From Azolla caroliniana (taxonomy: Eukaryota > Plantae > Polypodiophyta): 64,000 nucleotides of DNA. The stretch's first letter is position 1. Each line of letters opens with the position of its first letter. Positions 45,601-59,400 of the stretch are shown piece after piece. Below the pieces are notes generated by a model. It did no database searches. It had not been told where the DNA came from and was given only the letters and a program-made list of their open reading frames with translations. Both the position numbers and the translations under genes were made by a program. The stretch lies in assembly GCA_043228905.1 (NCBI GenBank), contig JBHGNT010000009.1:15934001-15998000 (forward strand), in the 5' to 3' direction.

Positions 45601-48493
45601 TGCGCCATGTACTCATTGTACCCGTACTACGTAACGGGGTTCTTCAGGCGGGAAGACCGTCATAACTTGGTATTACCCGGTTTCGAACCCTTCTTGGCCA
45701 AGTCGGACGTCGTTCCCGAAGATCCGCCTTCATCCTTTCCGGAGTCGGATTCGCTCCGATCCGACTCAACGTTGCCGGTTTCGTATTCCGGCATCTTCTT
45801 CTTCCCCTTCTCTTTGCACGTGAACCGTCTCCTCGGTTCCTTGCGCGGGGAGACCACAGAAGAGTCTCCACTATTCGCCGGTTCCTCATCTGACTAGTCA
45901 TCCCTACTCAACCGCTCATTCGGTCCACTTAGCCGGAATGAGATGGGACTCTCTTCTAGAGTGTTGAAGTCTTCATCTTCTACCTGGACCTCCTAGGGCT
46001 CACTAGCCTCATCTTTCGGAATCGGGTCTTCGTCAGAAGTTGGAGTCGGTAAGGAGTACCATGATGCTGTCTCATCAAACTCAACATCTCGGCTTACTCG
46101 GACCTGCTTAGTCCAGGGGTTATAGCACTTATACCCCTTCTGCTCATGCCAGTAACTAACTAGAATGCACTTCTCCGACTTCGGATCCAGCTTCCTCCGC
46201 TTCTCATCCGGTACATGCACATATGCTATGCTACTGAATATCTGAAGGTGTCTCAAATTCGGCTTTCGCCCAAAATACAACTCATGTGCTGACACCTTGT
46301 CACCGATCCGGTTTTGGATGTAGACGACCATTCGGACCGCCTCGACCCAGTAGAAATGGGGCATGCTCTTCTCCTCCAGAATTGCCCTTGTCGCGTCGAT
46401 AATCGACCGGTTCTTCCTTTCGGCCACACCATTTTGCTCCGGTGTGTACCTACAGTTGAATTCTCTCCGAATTCCGTTCTATTGCAGACAATTGTTGAAT
46501 TGGCTGGAAAAGTATTCTTTCCCGCCATCCGACCGCATGCACTTGATCTTCCTCTCTGTTTCCCGTTCAACCAAGATTTGAAGGTTCTAGAAACACTCGA
46601 AGACTTCGCTCTTCCTCTTGATGAGGTAGATCCACATGTGCCGGTTGTAGTCATCAATGAAGGAGACGAAATACCGACTCCCGCCAAGACTAACGTCTTG
46701 TGTCGGTCCCCATACATCCAAATGGATTAAATCGAGCTTGTTATGGCTCCGGTTTCGATCGATGGGGAATGGAAGCCGATGTCGCTTCCCGAGTTGACAG
46801 GCTTCACAAATTTCGGCAAACCAAAAACAACTTGTTTCGATTGAAAGTCTCAAACCCTCTGATAATTGACGTGGCCGATCCGCTTGTGCCACAGGTCGAT
46901 GTCTGATTCGACCTTCTGCCCTTTCGCAAACATAGCAATGCTGACATCATTAGTGTTGAGGATGAACATCCTCCCGTCTCTGTGCCCTTGCGCAATCCAG
47001 AAGTAGTCTTCTTTATCGAGTTAGCCTTGTGCTTCATCACGAAGGCTGGCCCTTTACCAATTTCCCAGTTCTGGATCCTTCCGCGTAGTGTGAGCTTTGC
47101 CGGTTCTCCCGATCGGTTTTGCCGGATTCGGATTTGTCCGAATCGGCGCGCTTCTTCCAGCACTCGCTTTCTCTGTGGCCCTTTTTGCCACAGTACTAGC
47201 ATTCCGTGTCGGCCTTTCCTTGTCGGTTCTCGGCGCCGCTTTGACTCCCCCTGCTTGTGGAGGATCCGGAACTACTGTCGGCACAACCTCTGTGCCTCCG
47301 GTCCTGCTCTTTTCGGCCGCCTCCATTGTGTGTTGACCCACCTCGTCCACCACGTCCATGGGGCCGATCTATCCCCGTGTACAACATCTGGTCGTCTGAT
47401 TGAGTGGTCCTTGACCCACTTGCATGGTTTTCTTCGACCATCAACATCGATTACAAGTCAAATAAGGACGATGGTTTCTCCCGGGTGCAGATCGCTATTC
47501 GGATTGGCCCATACCTTTGCGCTAGACCACTGAGGTAGATTTGTACCATCTCGTCTTCGTCCACCGTCACGTTGATGGACCCGAGTGTGTCACAAATCTC
47601 CTTTATCTTGGTGGTGTAGTCCATAACCGACATGTCTCTTTGCCAGATGTTGTTCAACTCTTGTCGGACCTACAACTTACGAGCCGTGGTACTTGCGACG
47701 AAAATCTTCCGTAGATTTTCCCAGGCCTCCTTCGACGTCTTTGCATCCTTGATGTAGTTGAGCATTTGATCATGCACACCGGACGCGAGACAGTATAGTA
47801 CCCGACTCACTCCTTGCTCCCATACCGGAAGTCTTTGTGTGACGGCTCCAGTGCCGCTTCATTTGTTCCTTCCACGAAGCTCCAATATCCATGCCCCAAT
47901 AGGTACTGGTGCATTTTATATGACCAAGACGCATAGTTGCTCCGGTCGAGCTTCTCTGTTGGAAGTGAACTCGCCATTCCTCTTTCCATATCTTCTCTCT
48001 ATTTGTTGTTACTAGGTTCTAGGGTTCGTCTATGGAAGCAAATGTCGGCTGCAGAGGTTCTCAACCCTTGTGCTCTGATACTATGTGAATGTTAATGTGC
48101 GGAAGCATTAGATAGAACCGACTCAGCTGGATAGCAACAAAAAATGAGATGAAGGTTTAATGGAAAAGCTTAAAACACAAAGGAGACACAGAGAACATAA
48201 CATAAAACTATATTCAAAAATTAACTCTAAAACTCTGTACATACAACGTGCTAAACAACACTATTTATATAAGTCCATAAAGGATTGACAGAAGTACTAA
48301 CAGGTACTTCAATGCTCACACATGCGATTGACACTAACTACGAGACAATGATTACCTAGTAGTCTAGGCTACTACTAGGCTTTCGGTTCCCGCTCGAATC
48401 CGGCTCTCCGATTCAGTCAGTTGTTTCCGGATACCGATCCGGCTCATCCTTCCGGATGCCGATCCGGATCCGGTTGAGCTTGCTCGCTCAACA
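42673..48493 (-). mobile_element. Element H: Ty1/Copia related to B, old and degenerate
   Basis: ~410-bp LTRs 42673-43081 and 48084-48493; decayed TSD GTGCA/ATGCG; mutated PBS 48072-48083; PPT 43082-43093; gag LPTEKLDRSNYASW, HLDVWGP, LLYVDD; many stops. Confidence 0.92.
43784..44445. repeat. 331-bp tandem duplication inside RNase H of H
   Basis: 43784-44114 repeated at 44115-44445 with about 2 differences. Confidence 0.93.
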
Positions 48494-49679
48494 ATGCGCG
48501 TATGAGCGATAAACTCTCAGATTTTTTCAATAGCACTATTAAGCAAGGATGCCTACTCTCACCAATTCTAATTGGTTTATGCATTGATGAAATTGAAAAA
48601 ATGGTTTCCAAGTTTGTAAATGAAGAAGTTGCAATTGGGAATGTTTTGTTATTATGCTTTTGCTATATGCGGATGATGTAGTGTTTTTTGCAAATACTTT
48701 AGGAGATGCGCAAAAGCTTATGAAGGCATTGGAAAAAAATTGCATGCATACGAAATTAAGTGTAAATAGCTCTAAAACAAAGATTGTGCTTGTGAAAAGC
48801 CAAAAAAGAGATAAGCCATGCATATATACAATAATGTACCACTTGAATGTGCGGAAAGCTTCAAATATCTTGGCCTTGAAGTTCCTTCAAATCATAGATT
48901 GAATGAATGTGCTACACGCCACTTAGAGGTGGGAAAGCGAGCATATTATGCATTTGAGAATACATGCAATCATGGAGATATTAAGTGTTGGGACCTCAAG
49001 AAATACCTTTTCGACACTTTGGTGACACTGGTGCTTGACTATGGGGTGGTAACATCCCTAGATCTACTCGGAAAGAGTTTGAAAATGTCCAAAAACGTTT
49101 TCTTACAAAGTTTCTACAAGTCAAGAAACAAACATCATACATCTTCCTCCTCCTTGAGATGGGATCACTTCCCATTTGAGATCATGTCCATGGAAAGGGG
49201 TTGTTGAATACATGCTTAAGGTTCAAAAAAGTCCCTCACATTGACTTCCTAGAATCTCATGGGAAGCAAGGAAAAAGATCATAAAGATGCATAAAAGCAA
49301 ATTTTTGTGTTCTAGTTGGATGCAATATATTAAAAAGTGGTTTGGTAGATGGGATGCAGCATCTAAAGTGAAAATCCCAAATTGGATATTTGAACAAATT
49401 GCAGACAAATTTATGTGGGAAATAACAAGCCTGTTTATTTCATACCAAACAAAAAAGCAATCCAATCGAACATACTTCCAATGATATCATATTATTTGTT
49501 AGGCGGGGGTAGACATGGATGGTAGAAAAGAACGGGGAATCACAAGGTGTATGTATAGAGGGGTGAGTAGAGAGAACGAGGAATCGCAAGGTCCAATGGG
49601 CAGGCAAGGGCAAAAGTGTATTTATTCTGTGAAGGCAGGCAAGCGAAAGTATCTCCAACATTGTGGGCTGCGTATGGAC

Positions 49680-49998
49680 GCATTTTCCGCGTGCGTGTGT
49701 GCGTGCGTGCGTGTGTGAGTGGAGTGCTTGCGAGCGTGGGGCCGGATAATAAAAGAAAAGTCTTGTACTCATTCCATTCCCAGTCATATATATATATATA
49801 TGATGGATGCGCTCGCTGGCTCGCTCGCTCTTCTTCTTCATTTCTCACACTAACCAAGTCTCTCTCATTTGGACTCTTCTCAAGTCTTTTACCACCAAAG
49901 TCTGTCTCTTGTCTTGTCTTGTCTTGTCTTGTATCTGTTCGTTCATCCACACTTTTTCCTGCTCTTCTTCCTCCCTCCTGCAATTCTAGGGTTTCCTC

Positions 49999-50034
<36 letters not shown>

Positions 50035-50110
50035 GTTTCTCTGCGCATCGAGTCTTCCGTTCTTCTTAGTGCCACGTCCTTCTGTTGCCTCGACTACTTC
50101 TGCAGCTTTC
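49680..50110 (+). promoter_or_regulatory. Probable promoter/5' UTR of the LRR-RLK gene
   Basis: (TA)n at ~49786-49801, pyrimidine-rich leader, (GTCTT)n, telo-box-like CTAGGGTTT at 49986, (CT)n at ~50002-50030 upstream of ATG. Confidence 0.55.
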
Positions 50111-50357
50111 ATGGCTTCTCCAAGGTATGAAAGTGCTCCTTTCTTTTCTGGTCGAACCTCTGCAAGGATTTTTTTTTAAAATTTTCCTCTGGGATCTTCT
50201 TTTATGTTAAATACCAATTCTTGCAGCTTCTGCATTGCGTTTCTTTTTCTTTCTTCTTTGATGCTGCTACAGTTCACGTGGCTTTGCACGGCTCCCTCAA
50301 ATTCAGAAGGTAAGACTAATATCAGTCTATACTATATACCATAGAATGGATTCATCC

Positions 50358-50407
<50 letters not shown>

Positions 50408-53400
50408 GAGGGAAAAGAAGAAATGAGAAATGAGAAAAAGATGGAGGCTATACTGCGTATGCATTCTGGCTTACATTATATTGGAGCCAAAATCTAGCGA
50501 GAAATCAAAGCAATCTATATGTTTTCGTTAGAATTGGACATAAGCTCAATCTAGAAGTATACCTATTTCACGAGATGAATTGAAAACATCAAGAACAGAT
50601 CTGATGACACACCAAACAAAAATCTGATAAAAGCAAGCAAAGCATGCCGTTCTCTTAATTGAGATGAGCATAACGGCTTGAGTATTTAATCATAAGTATA
50701 GTTTACTATTTATCGAAGATCCATCAATATTTGAGATGAAATGCTTTCTAGATTTTCAAGTTTTAATGGTACATTCCCAGCAAAAAATGTAATTTACAGT
50801 TAAGTTTACAAATGCTAGGGTTCTACACTGATAAATTTGCTGACCAAGCATAATTTTGTACTGTTTAAGTGTCTTTTCTCGAGGACTGCTTTGCATCAAG
50901 TATTCTATAAATCTACTGGATATCCTAGGATATAATTCAACATCATCATGCCAGTTCCTATTAAGCCTATAAATATATTTGGAGGTGGCTTTGTGGAAGC
51001 CCATAGCTTCACCTTTACCACGTTCGCTCTTACTTCTCATGTGTAGTGATAATCCTTGCTGTTGAGATGTCGTTGTAGCCATGGATGGGATACTCAAACC
51101 AAGAGTAAATCATCAACATAGAGGACACTGTGAATGGGGCCACCTGATAAGTCGTGCCATCTCTTCAGCCACATTGGACACCTTCTCAATGACGTAGAGT
51201 CCAAAAAGAGTAGGGAGATTACACATCCTTGATTGATGTGTCTTGTGTTTGTGATGATATCCTATAATCTGTAAAGCATTCTATACAGCCCAACATGTGC
51301 TCATATAGTGCACATATTATCCCTTTCATGGAGAATGGATTTCAGAGTGATTAGTCTAGAAAATTTCAGCATGTTATAGTATCAAAGCCTTTGTGGAAAT
51401 CCACAAAGAAACCAACAGCAAGCATCTGAAGCTCTAATAGATTTGGGATCTCCCAAAGCAAAGGTACCCAAGGCTTACAGTTAGGTCATCAAAACAATTG
51501 GCTGAATATGGAGACAAAAAATCATTGTTAGTATGTTGAAATGTAAGAATGGTTCTAGTTGCTTGGCATAAGTTAAATGTACTAACCCCATTCCAATATA
51601 GCTTGGAATGTCCACACCTAAGCATAATTATAGGGGAAAAGAATAAAGCGATCCAAGCTGATATCATTCAATTGGATTAAATAGTCCATTGTAAGGATCT
51701 CTTCTTCTTATGTCTATCTCATGTGCTTTGTAGTGTGATAGAGCAGCTCAAGACCTCTTCACATCAATTAAAATTTGTGATAGGTAAATGTCATGCAAAC
51801 CATTTGGAAGAATGGGCATGCCAATTGTGCTTTTCGTGGGTTAGATATGCACAAATACCCCTTGAATAAAGAATTTTCCAATTGTTTCATCATGGAGTGG
51901 AATTTGAAGAACACCATGTTTGTCATTGTGCTGGTTTTTATGAAATACAGAAGGGCATATTGTTGCCTCTTTAATCAAATTTGGCCCACTATGCAAGGTA
52001 ATGGAATAAGGGCCAATGGTGCTTGGGACTTTTCTTGTTAGAACTCAAGAGTTAGAGGGAGAAGTTGTTGAAGGACAACAATAAAACCACACACGCTCAA
52101 TAACAAAAAACAATTGCAACTTTCTTTAGCCCCATTGGTGAAGTGTGTGGTTTAATTTGACAAATAAAGGCTATTATCTCTCCCAATCACAAGTTCTTCC
52201 CTCACTTTGGAGATCAAACTACGCTAGAGATATTTTGAAGACAAAACTCACAGCATATTTGACTTGAGAATCTTACATGTATAGATGAGAAGACTCTTTT
52301 GTCACATCTAATTCCAATTCTATTTTCTTTTTTATTTACTTGCAACATTAAGATTTAATGCCTTATTTGGTCTTACAGGCCATTTTTTACCTCTTAAAAG
52401 ACATTATTATGTCTTTCTTTCTCCATTGTAATTGCAGTCTTAATTAAGTGTTAACTAAAGGGCGACTAAGTTAATTTAGTGTTAACTATGGGCTGCCTTT
52501 TGTGGTTGGGAAGTGATCTTTCTTCCTTCGCACTATGTGCCATGTAGTTGGTTGGAGCCATCTTTTGTGATTGGCAATTTCCATCAACTCCCGCAAACAA
52601 CTCACTTATTGATAAGCATGTGTTGTGCTATGAAGGATCAAACATGTAAATGGAGAATGTCCACTCATGTTGAGCAATATTGTTTCTTACTTTTAACAAA
52701 TAGAAGTTGAACTACAAAGATTGGAATGTAATTTTCTTCTCTTCACTTGCGATCTTGTACTTTGTGTTTTTTGCAATGTCCGTCTAATCTTTGCTTTTCG
52801 TTCCTTTGCATTTTTTGAAATGTATGCGTAACCTTTGAGTTCTTGTCTACAACATTTTCTACAATGTTTGCCTAGTTTCTGTAATCAGGTTAATCTTTTT
52901 GTTCCTCCCTCTATGGTTTGCATTTCTCCAACCTAATTCTTGCACCTATTGTCCTAGCTATTGAATACAATGGATTACGAATGGACAACAAATGAAGATA
53001 TGCTTCTGAACTCCCATGAAGATGGTCTAGATCAACGGAAGACCCCAAAAAGCTACAATAGAAGAAAAGAATGAGATGGGAGCACCCTGACAAAGTGCCT
53101 AAAGGGCGCACGAGGCACCCAAAATTACATTAGATATTGAAGAAGGGAAAGGTGATCTCTTATCTCATTCATTTACCCAAGAGATCAATCATATGAGAGA
53201 TGGCATACAAAGCACTTTAAAAGAGGAAATGCAAAAAGATATAGGAAACCAAAAAAATAGTTGCATATCTCTCTCAAAATGGAGTTATTAGAAGCCATAC
53301 AAAAGGACATAAGGAGTCTTGTAAAGAAATTAAACCTTGAACTTAAAGATGGCATTTTTGCAGTACTAAAAAGATGAAATATCCTCATATCATGTCGAAC

Positions 53401-56400
53401 TAGTAGCTATTGACGTTGAGTTACAAAAAGGACATGGAGCTTTGGAAAAATTTATTCCACTTTTAAAGACAATGTAATTAAGGAATTGCAAACATAGGTA
53501 GAGATGGCCAAAGATGCCAAAGCTCAAGTTGAGCATGCTAACAAAGAAATTAAAGCAAACACTCCCAAAATAGAGGTTGTAAAAAAGCAAAAAGGAACAT
53601 TGGTGGATAAGATGCAATGATGAATGCTACATGAGAAGATGAAGCCAAAAGAAAAGCTCGTGTGTTCCATGTTCGAATGGTTGGTTGAGAAAGGACGCCC
53701 ACAAGAAGATTCCAAGAACTTCGAGCAAAGATTGAGCATAAGATACTCCATTTATTTCTAAATGGAGGGTAGGAAGAGATGAGGCTAGAGCTAAAGCCTT
53801 GATCATTCACTTCATGGATATGGAAAAGAAAAAAGCTTTCATATCCAAGACAAGGGCAGTTCAAGATGATTTTTTTTAGATGAAAATCTCACTCCAACTC
53901 AAGTAGCACATTGCAAAGAAAAGATGCCACGTAGCACATCACAAAGAAAACATGCCGCGAGTGCTCGATGCAAGAAAGGAAGGAAAATGGGTTGTACATA
54001 GAGATGGGAAGGTCATTATTGTAGAAAACAGGGTTACATGACCCTTAACATGACTATGGAACTGCCACTGCTTTTTTGCTAAGACCTTTATTCATGAAGG
54101 TTTTGCTTTAATTTCTTTATGAGCATGTTCAGGTTGAGCTTTCACATCTTTGGCCATCCTTGCACTTTTTCACATTTTCTTATTAACATTGGCTTCAATT
54201 GTGGAGATACATTTTTCCACTACTTGTCCATTTCGTAAATCGACATTAATTACTACGAGTTTGACCTTATTTGAAGATATTTCATCCTTTAGCTATTGTG
54301 ACAAGTTATCTTTAAAAGTTTGATTTCTTAACAAGATATGTTGTGTCTCTTTGTATGGCTTCTAATCAAAGTTCGTAATATTCACATACGTCCAATCTGG
54401 TAGACATATACGAATGTTTGTATAAGTTCGCATATAATACGTGATATTCATTTTCCTTTTTCTATTTTATTTAGGAATGAGTTACAAACTTACAACAATC
54501 TACTAAGAAACTGAGAAGGAGGCCGTGCGACCAATGTAACAAGGAGGGCGCGCGGCCTCCACTCATGGCCTTCCATCCTCGCACTCGTGCCCACCCTCTT
54601 GATTCACCCTCATCTTCACGCTCTCACCCTTAGGATTCACCGTCACAATTCACTGTCACGCCTTACAAAGGACCCCTCATGAGTTACAGTTCCCTCACTT
54701 TTACCCTCTTGCACATTTTCCTATATCCTCAAACAACAAACCAAGGTAATGTCACGTGCATCTAATAAAAAATATCATGGGCCACTCTTTCTCTATCATA
54801 TGTCCTATTGTCACACAATTTGATGCATTATACATACATACTTGCAATACATTTGTTCGGCCAATTTCAAGAATAGTAGATTTTAGAATATTAAAGATAT
54901 ACTCTCTTGTTTTACATTCGTCACTTGTATCCACAGACCTCAGAAAGATTGAACCAAGCATTGATGAAGCGAGAACATTAATTATGGGCCTATTTCTAGT
55001 ATCTAACCAACTGTCACTTACTATAGTGCATCCATATATTTTCTATTTATCTTTAATGCATGAAAGTTTATCTTTAACATATTTCATTTCTTCATCTAGG
55101 TATCTCTTTCCTAATTGGAAAGAACTTGGTGGCTTATATGAAGGACTAACCTTCGTAGTTGCTTGAAGCATGTCATGAAAAAATGAGTTATCAACCTTTA
55201 GATGTGGAATATCCTCTACAAAAAAGAACCTTCTCACTGATTCATCGACAATTTTATTCAAACTTTTTTGTCGAGACATTTGTAGTGATCTGCCACTATT
55301 CTCAATTATCCTCTTCTTACATGATGAAGATGGCATGTCATTTATAGATGCACTAGTAGATGGCACAACATTTGCGTTAGAAGTACTTGCGTCCACATTA
55401 TTGTCACATTCCACAATACAATTTTCATTGGCATCAAGAATTTTATGAGCATCAACATTTGATATCAATTTCTTATCTCATCTTTTATTAGTCCAATCAC
55501 ATTGTGACATTTATCAACACCTTGTCCTTTTAACCCAAAAGATGTGCTTTAATTCGTGTGGACACCAACAAATACATGCTTGTAACGTTTGCATTCAATT
55601 ACATGCATTCCTTTTGTCGTTTCGTTTCACCACAATAACATGATCCCATAAAAAACTCTTTTGTTTACCTATACTCAAGAAATTGTAATCAACTCTTGTG
55701 TCAAGGTGTCACTTATGGAAGAGGGTAAAAGTGAGGGAACCATGAATCGTGAGGGCAACTTGGTAAGGCGTGATGGCGAATTATGAAGGTGAATGGTGAG
55801 GGTGAGCGTGAAGATGAGGGTTAATCAAGAGGGTGAGCGCGAGTACAAGGATGGAGGGCCGCAAGTGGAGGTTGTGTGCCCTGAGGATGAGAGCGTGAGG
55901 TTGAGGGAGAGTGTGAGTGTTGAGGATGGAGGGTTACGGGTGGAGGTCCACCATGGAGATCGCGCGCGCCTTGTTCGCTTCGTTGTTTGTGTGGCCTCCT
56001 TCCGAGTTTCTCAATAGATTGTTGTAAGTTTGTAACTCATTCCTAAATAAAAACAAAAAGGAAACGAATATCACTCATTATCGCGCGCCTTTTAATAACT
56101 CTATTTTGAGAGAGGCATGCAACTTTTTTTTTGTTTCCTTATCTCTTGTTACATTTTCTTGGTTAAGGCTTTTTTAATGTCATCTCTCAAATCAAATGAC
56201 TGAAGAGATCACCTTCCCCTCTCAATATCTAATAAAATCTGCATTTTGAGTGCATTTGGTCACCCTTAGGGCACTTTCTAGGAGTGCTTGACATTGAGAA
56301 AGAAAGATATATTAATGTCTTTTATGAGGCCCAAATGGTCTATGAGACCAAACAAGATATTGCACTTTAAAATGTTGCCTCATCTTTGTGGACAACAAAC

Positions 56401-59400
56401 CAAAATAAATGCAACTAAGTAAAAAAGGAAATAGAAATAGAGTAAAGCCTAGACTAAAGAATCTCATAATCTATACATGTAAGATTCTCAAGATGAGAAG
56501 TACAATATATCTGGCTTTAGATAGCTGGGCTTCATAGTCCATTACCTTGTGTAGTGGGCTGATGCCTTGCTAAAAGAGCAATGGTATCTCCCTCTTATTT
56601 CATAAAAACAGCACAATTATAAACATAGCGTTCTTTAGATTCTACTCTATGATGACACAATTGACGAATTCTTTCTTCTAGAGGTATTCGTGCATATCTT
56701 CCTACCTCAATCTCAAACTGATGTGAAGAAGTTTGCGACCTCCCTATCACACTGCGCAACATAGAGGATAGATGTATGTTCATATAAGAAAGCATGATAA
56801 TGTTTCCATCCTCCGATGTGTAAAAAGTGTCTCATAATGGGTCATTTTCTTTCCAATGGATGTTGTGGGGATGACCCATGTTATTTTGTTTTCCAATTTG
56901 ACAATATCAGTTCGGATCACAATGTTCTTTTCCTCTTTGATCATGTTTGATGGGGACAATCCATGTTGTATTGGAATGGGGGTAGTGCATTTATGTTTAT
57001 GCCATGTGAATCAAACCATTGTTGGGTTTCAGCTTACCAACAATAAATAAGTGGGTTGCTGAGGACTTTGAAGAAAAGCCCTAAACCCTAGTCTTCTCAA
57101 GGCATCTCAAATGATATAAACATGTATGCATATGAGGTTTCCAAAGTATGCCATATATTTGGATCCTCCATCAGGATTAGGAGACAAGGTTCTTTGATGT
57201 GGCATCAAGCTTTTGGGTGTTTATCTACTCCTGAAGAGGTGGTATTGATCCCAATATCTTGTTTTTTCATAGATCAGTTTTTCTTAATATAGACAGGTGA
57301 GGATCGTTATTTGTTTGTGTCATTTTCCAAATGCTTATGTGAGTGGAAAACTATCATAACATTCCTCCACAATCCTTATCATACCAAGGATTCTGACGCA
57401 TGTTTACATGGGTGTGAAGTCCTAAGGGTATGTGAAGTAAACTGTAAAGTAAATGAGTTTGGATTGAGTCTATGGAGGTTCATAGCAGTCCAATAAGTCT
57501 CCGGTTGTTAGATTCAACTGACTAAACATGCAAAGCTATGATAGAAGCAATGTGTAACAATAAACCATGGTGCAAAGCAGTGCTTTGGTTGGTGTTTTAC
57601 TCCTTAGTTTCATTTTGGCCTTTTCAAGATGTTTTCATAACAGTTCATTATCTAAATTTATCATCCCAGATTATGCTGAAATGTTGATCTTGTTTATATC
57701 TGAAAATATTACATTCTACAATTGTTATATGTACAGGTAATGCATTGACGGTAGTGAAATCTTTGTTACAGGATCCTCAAGGAAGGCTCTCCTCTTGGGA
57801 TGCTAACCTTGTAGATCCATGTAGCAGTTGGCAAGGTGTAACATGCATCAATCAGAATGTTGATACAGTGTAAGATTGATGAAATTTCCACATCCTCTTA
57901 TTGAGTAGCATTTGTTTTCAAACCAATGAAATTGCAGGCTCTTATCTTTGTTGTTTGGTAGGGCGCTGCCGATGTGTGGGCTATCTGGTACTCTCTCCAG
58001 TGCTATTGCATCTTTGCCTGAACTACGGACACTGTAAGCAGCACATGCATTTCATTTTAGCTTAGGATGATATTCCTATTCCCATAGCACAATAAAATAC
58101 TGAAATTTTGAAGTACTGCTCATTAATTACTGAGTTACCCTAGTCAAGTTATTGGAGTAGAGGCAGTTATTATTTAAATTCTTTCAATTTGTTACCAAAC
58201 TTCCCTGCAATCCTTAGTTATGTTTATATTGAAGAGATAACATCTGGGTCAATTATGTATTGTTTTGACTCCAATTTGTTGTTCTCTGTGTGTAGACATC
58301 TGTATGCTTCCATAGGGTTGTCATCATTATAACATATTGGCTAACATGCAGGATTCTTCAAGACAACAATATAAGTGGGTATTTACCCAATGAGCTAGGA
58401 AACTTGTCGAATTTGGTGACATTGAAAGTACAAAACAATTCTTTTACTGGTCCAATTCCAAGTACATTGGGCAACCTCACTGAATTAAAGACATTGTGAG
58501 TCATCTTTATCATGTTGTATTTTTATCACTGAATCAATAAGCTATTGCTTGGCGTATATATTAGGAAATTCATGATTTTGAAACTATTTCTGAGTAAATC
58601 AAGTTCGATTTCTATGAAGATTCATCAATTTTTTATACAAATGTGAAAAATAATTTATCAGAGTAAAAGAGGACATCTTCCAAAGTTCCCTTTTTGGGAG
58701 TAGCTAGTCTGTCTCCATGTGCAGTTCTTGTTTTCAAGATGTCATTGTGGAATGCAGCTCTATTTTAACATTCCTTTTCCTGATTTCCCTTTTCTCGATC
58801 GAGTATTATTTTTGGCGTCAGCTCTTGATGTTTCATCCAGAATGCCTGTTCTTATTCTTCTTCTTTTTGAGAATGAGAACCCTACTGAGCTTTTCCTGTG
58901 AGTATGGAGTTCATTGATAAACAAGAATATGTGTATGTCTTGTCAAGGCTCGAGTACCTTGTGGCACTAGAGCAAGTGATAAGTCTTGTAGTGAAATTTG
59001 ATAGTACATGATCACAGGTCTGAGAAATCTTGATTAATGTGGTAGATTTCCAAGTTCTTGCATGTGACATCCCAATTGGATAAAGAAACATTAAACTGCC
59101 ATGGGTTATGCAATGGTGTGAAGGATTTGCTTCTTATATTTCATGAAATACTATATATAGGGAAAATCTCAACATTGTCAAATCATTTTGTTCAACACCA
59201 ATCTTCAGCATGATGTTATAACTCTTGTCTCTTTTGTCCATAATAAAAGTTCTTTTCCTTATTCCTCTTTTCTCAATCTAGTAATGTTGAATTCTATATG
59301 GAAGTCCACAAAGTAGCAACAAACCTCTTTTTATGCGCACTGCCCTCCTCGATAAGGGCTTGGAGGGTCAATGTGGACAAAAGCTTCTCAGCTGAAGATG

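Larger units (their letters stand above)
42352..49350 (+). mobile_element. Degenerate non-LTR retrotransposon (LINE) RT region, in pieces 42352-42672 and 48499-~49350; hosts B and H
   Basis: QAGFRKHHSTIDHL, FVDFKK, ICC|ARMSDKLSDFFNSTIKQGC rejoined over H, LLYADDVV, FKYLG. Confidence 0.88.

Noticed and set aside
49540-50179. 187-190-aa ORFs on both strands upstream of the kinase gene
   Set aside because: Built from microsatellite low-complexity sequence of the promoter/UTR
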